The position numbers were made by a program, and so were the translations under genes. From a virus (lineage: Duplodnaviria; Caudoviricetes), in IMG/VR virus record IMGVR_UViG_3300037882_001089, positions 1 through 63,999 of that record: DNA of 63,999 nucleotides, one strand, 5' to 3'. This document shows positions 56,738-63,999 of the stretch, piece after piece. The notes beneath the pieces are model-generated. The model made no database searches and was not told the origin of the DNA. It was given only the letters and a program-made list of their open reading frames with translations. Within the stretch, counting starts at the first letter, position 1. Each line of letters begins with the position of its first letter.

Positions 56738-57001
56738 TTAGTTCATAAAATCGTTAAATGAAAATAAGTTTTTTAGTTTTTCTTTCAAAACTTCATAGGA
56801 ATCTGTACAAATAAACTCGTCAGCTCCCGAATAAATAAAAGAATACTTACCAGCATCTTCTGTACATGGGGAAATAGCACATATAGAGTAGAAAGTCATC
56901 TTTTTTACTGTATAATTTGCTAAAGGAGTGTCAATATTAAGTTCACTTGCTTTAGCGGTATCTTCTGTATGAAATAGGATGTTAAGTTCGATTGGCTTCA
57001 T
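56738..57001 (-). CDS. hypothetical protein
   Basis: ORF in the leftward operon. Confidence 0.55.
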   Translation of the reverse strand: MKPIELNILFHTEDTAKASELNIDTPLANYTVKKMTFYSICAISPCTEDAGKYSFIYSGADEFICTDSYEVLKEKLKNLFSFNDFMN

Positions 57002-57007
57002 AGATTA

Positions 57008-57241
57008 TTAGTTTTTTAGAAATAGTAGAATAGCGGGAATAATTGTAAAGTAAAAATCTACAATATCAAAATCATTCCCATCTTGAATACCATCTCTAAT
57101 TTCCTTTGCTAATGCTATTGCAAAAACAACACCAAACGAGTACAAAGGGTTTAGAAAAAAACTACTTACGTAATAAGTTAAAAAACCAACCAAAAAATGT
57201 AGTAATCTATCTTGTCTGAATATTTCAAGTATCTTTTTCAT
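57008..57241 (-). CDS. small membrane protein (VanZ-like)
   Basis: DRLLHFLVG...AKEIRD...DFYFT. Confidence 0.6.
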   Translation of the reverse strand: MKKILEIFRQDRLLHFLVGFLTYYVSSFFLNPLYSFGVVFAIALAKEIRDGIQDGNDFDIVDFYFTIIPAILLFLKN

Positions 57242-57412
57242 TATTCATTACTTTTTAAAACGGTTATTTCAATATCATCTCCAAACAATACTAAACTTTC
57301 TTTATGAAATAATTTTATTTTATTTGAAATCTCATCTTTTTCTTTTTCTGAAATTTCAAGAAAAGGAAATTTAATTATTAATTTAACTTTTTCCATTTTA
57401 TATATAGTTTAA

Positions 57413-57889
57413 TTAGTTTACGCATATTGTATTATTAGAATAGTTTATCGATACATTACCCAACTTTTTTAAAGCATTTTGCCCTAATAAAAGAGGTGCA
57501 TCAGCATTTGGTGAAACTGCAAATTCAACATTTTTTAATAGGTACTTGCCTATTACAAGTTTTCGGATAACAATTCTTCGACATTTAACTTCACTACCAT
57601 CTGCTAATGAATATATTTTATCATCTAAAAAATCAGCCTTAGTTATCAATCCATTTTTATACAAAGTCATAGCTACATAAGCAGGTATAACACACTCACT
57701 TGCACCAGTATCTAATATAAAAGGAAGTTTGATAACGCTTCCAATATTTACTCCAACTTCAAAAGTACCTCCAAGTGCTTTTAGATAAATAGGATTTTTA
57801 CAAACTGAATTATAACCTTTTAACTTACTGTTTTGGGCGAAACTTCCAACAGAAAACAATACAACGAATAACAAAACAACTTTTCTCAT
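57413..57889 (-). CDS. secreted retropepsin-like aspartyl protease
   Basis: Signal peptide; FILDTGAS and LLGQNAL motifs. Confidence 0.85.
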   Translation of the reverse strand: MRKVVLLFVVLFSVGSFAQNSKLKGYNSVCKNPIYLKALGGTFEVGVNIGSVIKLPFILDTGASECVIPAYVAMTLYKNGLITKADFLDDKIYSLADGSEVKCRRIVIRKLVIGKYLLKNVEFAVSPNADAPLLLGQNALKKLGNVSINYSNNTICVN

Positions 57890-57896
57890 ATCCTAT

Positions 57897-58298
57897 TTAT
57901 TTAAATGTTTCTAAATACTTTTCAACTTCTTCCAAACTATTCCATTGGTAAATAAATAGTTTACTTGATATTACTTTTGTTGTGTAAAAAAACTCTCCAC
58001 TTGAATAAACTCCTAACTTAACTAAAACCTTGTCTTTCGGAAGGGTAAAAACCCTATTGTAATTATTAGTTTCTACAACTTCCTCTTTCTCGATAATTTC
58101 CTCTACAATATCAGGAGCAATAACAACATCTTCTTTTGCCTCTTTCTCCTTTTTTTGTCGCTCAATTGAACCCCAATCAAACTCATACTCCCGCAAAATC
58201 TCAAAAACTCGAATCTTTATTTCATCCTTTTTGCTTAGCGGAACTCTAAAATTAACCATTGTAGTGTCCTCACCATAAAGCGTCTTGCGTAAACTCAT
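57897..58298 (-). CDS. protein with a ribbon-helix-helix-like N-terminus
   Basis: TTMVNFRVPLSKKDEIKIRVFEIL. Confidence 0.5.
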   Translation of the reverse strand: MSLRKTLYGEDTTMVNFRVPLSKKDEIKIRVFEILREYEFDWGSIERQKKEKEAKEDVVIAPDIVEEIIEKEEVVETNNYNRVFTLPKDKVLVKLGVYSSGEFFYTTKVISSKLFIYQWNSLEEVEKYLETFK

Positions 58299-58645
58299 TA
58301 CTTATTTTTAACTTTTAATAAAAACTTCTCCAACTCATCTATTCTAATCTCCAAATTAGCAATCTTATAGTTGTCAAGAGTCGTACTCATTTTAACTTGG
58401 CTTTGCATCTTTAGTTTTGACTTTAACTCATTAATCCTGTCCTTAATCATTATCTCTATAACAACCAATGAAGTATTAAGCATTACGCCATTTTCGTGAA
58501 CAGTTCTATAATCATACTGAACAGATTTGATACCTCCGCATTTAGCACAAGCACCTAAACTATCTACTCCACTACCTTTACAATTACAAACATTCCACAT
58601 AATAAAACATTTTAGAGAAGGATGAAGGACTCGAACCCTCATCAT
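58298..58645 (-). CDS. hypothetical protein with CxxCxG motifs
   Basis: CNCKGSG...CAKCGG. Confidence 0.5.
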   Translation of the reverse strand: MMRVRVLHPSLKCFIMWNVCNCKGSGVDSLGACAKCGGIKSVQYDYRTVHENGVMLNTSLVVIEIMIKDRINELKSKLKMQSQVKMSTTLDNYKIANLEIRIDELEKFLLKVKNK

Positions 58646-58839
58646 AGGATAAAACTCCTATATTCTAACCAAGCGGGTTCATACGAACCTCCGAACTAAT
58701 CCCTCTGCCAATCTAACTCCCGAATCATCCCAAACCAACCAAAACTGAGTACACGAAAGAAAGACGACAATCTTAATTAATGTCCGTTATTAAACGCAAT
58801 CCTTGTCATATTGCCCGAAATAACAATCATTACCAAAAC

Positions 58840-59719
58840 TGTAAGACAAATTTAATACAAAATAAACTAACTAACTAATTTTGTAAGACAAATTTACACA
58901 CATCCCTAATATTATCCGTTTGTTGTCGGATAATATCACCAAATCTCATAACAAATAACGACAATTCCGCCTCATAACAAGCCGTCATACAGCTCCAAAT
59001 CTACTAAACCAACTAATCCTCCACTAACCATCAGATAGCCTAAAATAAGAGAGCTATGTTCTTGTAGGAGGCTGCTACTGTGTATATGGGATCTGTCGTC
59101 TAAAAGGGAAACGTAATTTTTTGCATGGGTGGGTCTTGGATTTGGATTTGGATTTGGAAACGGTTTGACTTTTGCCTATTGCGTTATGCTTGTCTGCGTG
59201 TATAGCTTATTTTATAGTTATTAGTTTGGGCGGTTGTTCTGTTTAACGTTTTACTGTTTGGCGTTGGTTTGGTTCTCGTGGATTGTGTTTTCATTGCATT
59301 GAAATTGTCTTACAAATTGCGAATAAACTAATTACAATCACTCTTATATATAGTATCATTCCGTTAATAGTTTCGTTCTTGTCTTACAATTTTGCTATAT
59401 CCAGTATTTCGGGCAAATCTAACAACTCCCTATTTAAAGGACTTCCCACGCTTTTGGTCTCACTTTTACACACGGTGGAGACAAACTAATTAAAACTATC
59501 TATTTGTCCCGTATAAACTCATAATACACTAATTGCCAATCTACTGAATATCAACACGTTAACAATTTGTCTTACATTTTGCAATCGTGTCTTAGCCCTT
59601 TGATAGCAGGTATTCCCACGCTTTTACTGGCGTTCCCGAAGCATCCATTTACATAAGTAGCGTATTTTGTCTTACAATTTCATCAATATAAACTAATAAT
59701 GCCTTAATTCTGTCTTACA
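58840..59719. repeat. dispersed TGTCTTACA repeats in a large non-coding region
   Basis: Inverted copies at 58840 and 58882; direct copies at 59306, 59380, 59568, 59668 and 59711. Confidence 0.85.
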
Positions 59720-60201
59720 AATTAGCGTTTTGAAGCCGTTTTAATTTTAACGAGGTCAATGGTGGTGCGGTGTGCAGTCACATAGGCTACATTTTATCGT
59801 TGTTATATTTTAGTGTTAGAATTGTGTTTACTGGTGTTATTGTTTGTTTAGTGTGTTAATGGTTCAATATTAGTAGTTTATTTGAGGGGCGTTTTGTCTA
59901 TTTTGGGGGCTTATTTGTTGTATTGTGTGGGTTTGTTCCGTATATGCTTTTATATTGGCTTATATGCGCTTTATTTGATTGAGTAGTTTTGTTATAATTT
60001 ATGTATTTTATTATCCTATTGTTTTATATTGGTTTTATTGGGTGGTTTCTGTTCTATTGGGTTTGTTGTTTGTTATTAGATTTTCCGCTTTGTATTATGT
60101 AATTTCTTACAATTATTATTTTGGGGCGATATTTTTATGCTTTGTGAAGCCTTTCTATTACTGATAAAATGAAAATAGTTTAAAAATAATTGCTTTTTTT
60201 C

Positions 60202-60232
60202 TTGTGTAGTTAATATTACATACATATCTTTG
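60202..60232 (+). promoter_or_regulatory. early promoter
   Basis: TTG at 60202 and TATCTTTG at 60225-60232. Confidence 0.65.
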
Positions 60233-60668
60233 ACATATCAAACTGAAACAAGTAACACACTTATAAGGTTTGAAGTTCTTAAATCCTATTGAATTAAATG
60301 TTATTAGTTTATGCGGTTTCCGTTGGTTCGGGCAAAAACTTAAAATACTAATACTTTAATAATACTTTTATAGGTAACTTCTTTGACATAATGAGTAACA
60401 GGCGAGTTTTATACTTTTTCTTTTATGCGGTGGTAAAAAATAACCCACTTAAATGACAATATAAATAAAAGTATCAATTAACTAAATAAATGAGTTTATT
60501 ACTTTTGGCGCAATTCCATAAAAAATATATAATAAATAGTGCTATTACTATCTTAATAGTGGGAAACTGAAAACGAATAAACATTTATAACTTGAAATAT
60601 TAGTTTTGTTTATTGGGTTTTATTTTGGGGTCGAGTTCCAACAGTTTACAAATTTAAAATCTATTTAT

Positions 60669-60827
60669 ATGTATTATTCTAAACAGTCTTATTTAGGCGT
60701 TATTATTATTTGTGATGATAAAAACAACATTATTTGTCGTGTTAATTTTAGCGACTATGACACAGACGACGAAGCAATTAAATCAGCTGATTTTTTAACC
60801 GATAAACTAAACAATATTAATCTTTAA
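60669..60827 (+). CDS. small early protein
   Basis: MYYSKQSYLGVIII... Confidence 0.45.
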   Translation: MYYSKQSYLGVIIICDDKNNIICRVNFSDYDTDDEAIKSADFLTDKLNNINL

Positions 60828-61053
60828 ATCTTATTATTATGTCAAATTTATATTACGTGGGAGATTCTCCCGAAAGAGTTAAAATACTGGAAGTAAAAAC
60901 TTGCGGAATTTGCAAAACTATAAACAGACAAGGAGAAATAAGTTTTAATTTTATTGGCAACCTTAAAAAGGTTTACTAATTCAATAATAAAAAGCCGTTC
61001 ATTAAGTTGTAGTTATTCGATTAACAAACGGCACTAACTTAAATAATTACGAT

Positions 61054-61281
61054 ATGAAACCAATTGTCACACTCGGAGCGAATCAATATAGCATTGAAAC
61101 AGAAAACAAAATAGTATTTCAAAGTTATGATACTATTGTTTGTGAGATTACAAATTTTGAGAATGGCAACGAGCCAGTTATTAGAATTACTGAGAACCAA
61201 CCACAAAGCAAAACAACGGCAAAATATTTGAACGCATTTTTAAAATTGCACGTTGGGATAGACAATTACAAAAACCTTTAA
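61054..61281 (+). CDS. small early protein
   Basis: NQY...FQSYDTIV...SKTTAKYLNAFL, a phage-typical pattern. Confidence 0.65.
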   Translation: MKPIVTLGANQYSIETENKIVFQSYDTIVCEITNFENGNEPVIRITENQPQSKTTAKYLNAFLKLHVGIDNYKNL

Positions 61282-61293
61282 AACATTTCAAAT

Positions 61294-61542
61294 ATGAAAA
61301 CTTACAACGAAAACACAACTTTAGCAAATTTTGACGCTTGGAGCGGAGCGGTAGATACTAAAAATAGAATTTTAGAAGAAAACAAAGGCGACGAGTTCGA
61401 TAATTTAATCGAGGAATTATATAGCGATGGATTAAGCGAAACACAATTAAATGATATTCTTTGGTTTGAAGAAGAATGGATTTTTGAAATGTTAGGAATT
61501 TCGGACGAAGAAGAAAGCGACGACGACGAAGAAGAAAACTAA
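61294..61542 (+). CDS. highly acidic small early protein
   Basis: About one third D/E; FDAWSGAVDT motif. Confidence 0.7.
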   Translation: MKTYNENTTLANFDAWSGAVDTKNRILEENKGDEFDNLIEELYSDGLSETQLNDILWFEEEWIFEMLGISDEEESDDDEEEN

Positions 61543-61638
61543 TAACATTTATACATTCCTTTGCTACTATTGTTTAGTAGTTTTATCGGAGCGAAACCGA
61601 CAAAGGAAACTAAAAAATACTAACTAAATTTTTATTAT

Positions 61639-61986
61639 ATGAAGCCAATTTGTAGGGAATGCAAAGGAAGTTGTGAACCTTCTAAGGCAATAGTTAATTA
61701 TCATAACATTCAAACACAAGATTTAAACAAGGAGTTTGAAACAGTTATAAAAGATTGCTTAAAATGCGAAGATTGCGGGCATAGTTTTATTATAGGAAAT
61801 AATGATTTTGATTTATTCGAGCAATACGATACGCTCCCACAAGAAGTAAAAGATATTATTAACGAGTTTTCAGAAAATGACAACACTTATGAGAGTTGTG
61901 CGGAACTGGTTAAAAAATTAGAATCAGTAGGTTACACTTGTGACTATCATTTAGACGCCGAACCGTTTAACCTTAAAAAATTATAG
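61639..61986 (+). CDS. zinc-ribbon plus acidic-domain protein
   Basis: CRECKG...CEDCG; GYTCDYHLDAEPFNL. Confidence 0.6.
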   Translation: MKPICRECKGSCEPSKAIVNYHNIQTQDLNKEFETVIKDCLKCEDCGHSFIIGNNDFDLFEQYDTLPQEVKDIINEFSENDNTYESCAELVKKLESVGYTCDYHLDAEPFNLKKL

Positions 61987-62182
61987 CTATGGCAACAAAG
62001 AAAAAACAAAACCCATTAAATAGACGTTGTTCTATTTGGGAGCAGGAATACAACCTTAAAAAGTTAGCAAAGGAGAGTTTAGAGAAACTAAAAAATCAAA
62101 AAAGATGAAAGCACCACAATTAGAAATACTTTGGAATGATGCTCAAAATTTGTCTTTAAATAACACAGAAAATTAAATCATT

Positions 62183-62434
62183 ATGAAAAAATCAATCTTT
62201 ACAATAATACTAACACTTTTTTCGTTAGTAGTTTTCAGCCAAGAAGTTTACAACCTTGATAACGTAAAACACGAGCCAAAAACAGAAATTCAGTTAATCG
62301 GGAAATCTACAAAAACAAAAGATAAAGCAATTTATAAAGGAATAGAGTACCCAGTTTACAAAAGTGTTAACGATAAGTTATTCATAATCTACTTAAACTC
62401 AAAAAATAACTACTCAAAAAAGTATATTAAGTAG
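62183..62434 (+). CDS. small secreted protein
   Basis: Signal peptide MKKSIFTIILTLFSLVVFSQ. Confidence 0.6.
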   Translation: MKKSIFTIILTLFSLVVFSQEVYNLDNVKHEPKTEIQLIGKSTKTKDKAIYKGIEYPVYKSVNDKLFIIYLNSKNNYSKKYIK

Positions 62435-62675
62435 TTTTCATGCTATTGTATGGTATCTCCGAAATAATAAGGAGCGTGAGTTCGATTCTGCCAATAGCAC
62501 AAAAAAAGTAGTAATACGTTCATACGATTTTGGTTGGTTAGTTATTTTTTTTAATTGGGTTGACTACTCCCAATTTTTTTATTAATTATTAGTTTATGAA
62601 AGACTTTAAAAAACTTGAATTTATAGTTATTGCATTGATAACTGTATTAGTATTAATTTTAAATATTTATGATTT

Positions 62676-63056
62676 ATGAAAGAGTTTGAAAATGATTATA
62701 TAGAACCTACTTTTTATCGAAAAGAATCTACTTTTAATAAAGCAGAAAAAACAGTTTCAGAACTATTTACACAACCAAGAATTAAATTTTATCGTAGAGT
62801 TATAACATTTAGGAGATTAGCTAACCAATTATTAAGAATCCCCCAAAGATTAGAAATAATAAAACTCCCCGAAAGAGTTAGAGTATTGAAAGATTTTATC
62901 CCAACTAAAGGAGTGAAAAAAAAAGAACTTAAACCCATTATTCATATCAAAAATACTTTATCCAAAAATATAGTAACAGAGCATAGAAAGTTTAAAAACA
63001 AAACTATTATTTCTGTAAAAACAGATATTGAAAGTAGATTCCTGAAAAAAATATAA
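62676..63056 (+). CDS. basic hypothetical protein
   Basis: ORF. Confidence 0.5.
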   Translation: MKEFENDYIEPTFYRKESTFNKAEKTVSELFTQPRIKFYRRVITFRRLANQLLRIPQRLEIIKLPERVRVLKDFIPTKGVKKKELKPIIHIKNTLSKNIVTEHRKFKNKTIISVKTDIESRFLKKI

Positions 63057-63076
63057 CCGATTGCACTTGCGCATTT

Positions 63077-63168
63077 TGCTTAACGGAAAAGCTTGTAGCT
63101 GTATGCCAAGATAGAACGTAAATAGAAAGAAAATGCCTCTGCATATAGCTACAAGCGTATGTTAGGGA
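63077..63168 (+). mobile_element. attC-like recombination hairpin E
   Basis: GCTTAAC-ggaaaa-GCTTGTAGCTgTATGC ... GCATAtAGCTACAAGC-gtat-GTTAGGG. Confidence 0.8.
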
Positions 63169-63208
63169 TATACCACGAATTACTAATCAATTAAAATATT
63201 AAAAAAAA

Positions 63209-63526
63209 ATGGAAATAAAATTTAGAGCATATCACAAAGAAAATAAGAAAATGTATGAGGTGTTTTCTTTTTGTGATGAATTTGTAAAAATCGTAGTAGG
63301 AATTGGTTCTGTTATTAAATTACCAAGAACTGAATTTGAACCTTTAATGCAAAAATGGAATCCTTCAAATGGATTGGAAGTTTATACAGGAGATTTATTT
63401 ACTGCCGTTTGCTCTCCAAGTGGTTCTAATAAAAAAATAGAACGTATTTGTAAAATTGATTTTGATGGAAGAGGAATGAATGTAGCGGTTTGGTATAAAA
63501 AACAATCGGCTTTACGTTCGGCGTAG
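63209..63526 (+). CDS. YopX-family protein, possibly truncated (cassette gene)
   Basis: EIKFRAY...LMQ...NGLEVYTGD; lacks the usual EVIGNIYEN ending. Confidence 0.65.
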   Translation: MEIKFRAYHKENKKMYEVFSFCDEFVKIVVGIGSVIKLPRTEFEPLMQKWNPSNGLEVYTGDLFTAVCSPSGSNKKIERICKIDFDGRGMNVAVWYKKQSALRSA

Positions 63527-63607
63527 AAAATTCGATAGAATTTTCGCAGTAAAACTAAAGCATACAACCACATTATAATTTTAAATTATTAACTAAATAC
63601 AAAAAAA

Positions 63608-63999
63608 ATGGATTTATTAAAATAGTTATTCGGAAAAAAGAAAGCTGAAAATCAACCAACAAAAGAGACTGTAATCCTTAAATCTCAAAATTTTAGGCAT
63701 TTACCAAAGTATCAATCTGATTCAAAACGTTACGAAGAAAGCGAAAGAATAAAACGTGAAGACGAAAATAGAAGAAGATGTTTTGATGACACTATAATAA
63801 CTGCACAAATGATTATTGCATCAAGTAATAATGGTGATTCTTCTACTTCTAATAATCATGATTCAAATACTTCAGATAATTCTAGTAGTGGATTTGATGG
63901 AGGGTTTGGAGGCGGAGGATACAGCGGCGGTGGTTCTGGTGGAAGTTGGGAAGATAATTCATCAAGCAGTTCAAGTTATGATTCTGGAAGTTCTTCAGG
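63608..63999 (+). pseudogene. Gly/Ser-tailed protein with an in-frame TAG at codon 6, running off the window
   Basis: ATG GAT TTA TTA AAA TAG TTA TTC GGA..., then open to the end with GFDGGFGGGGYSGGGSGGSW. Confidence 0.5.

Noticed and set aside
58840-59719. CRISPR array
   Set aside because: The repeats are only 9 nt, irregularly spaced and in both orientations; no cas genes are present.
59283-60164. ORFs 59283-59489 and 59979-60164
   Set aside because: They have non-ATG starts and low-complexity translations driven by the skewed repeat region.

Overview
AT-rich sequence covering most of a Bacteroidota (probably Flavobacteriaceae) tailed phage genome; no host genes are evident. Bases 1-17.2 kb (+) hold early, recombination and replication genes: Sak/Rad52-like protein, exonuclease, DUF3127, replication initiator, DnaB and RusA. 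Bases 17.2-53.1 kb (mostly -) hold a podovirus/crAss-like virion and lysis module. GroEL/GroES follow, then a repeat-rich non-coding region near 58.7-60.6 kb and small early genes. Two systems stand out. (1) An integron-like gene-cassette system. There are five attC-like TAAC...GTTA hairpins in three places, four cassettes whose two ends are reverse-complementary, and an adjacent tyrosine recombinase. The geometry is inverted relative to classical integrons, and one cassette carries an EF-Tu P-loop mimic. (2) A five-tRNA operon covering exactly the CNN codon boxes (Pro, Gln, His, Leu, Arg; all with A37). It is preceded by a leader-peptide attenuator whose control codons are CAT/CTA/CGT/CCT/CAA/CCG, which looks like a sensor that switches on replacement tRNAs when the host's are depleted. 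All protein calls come from motif recognition by eye; no searches were run.
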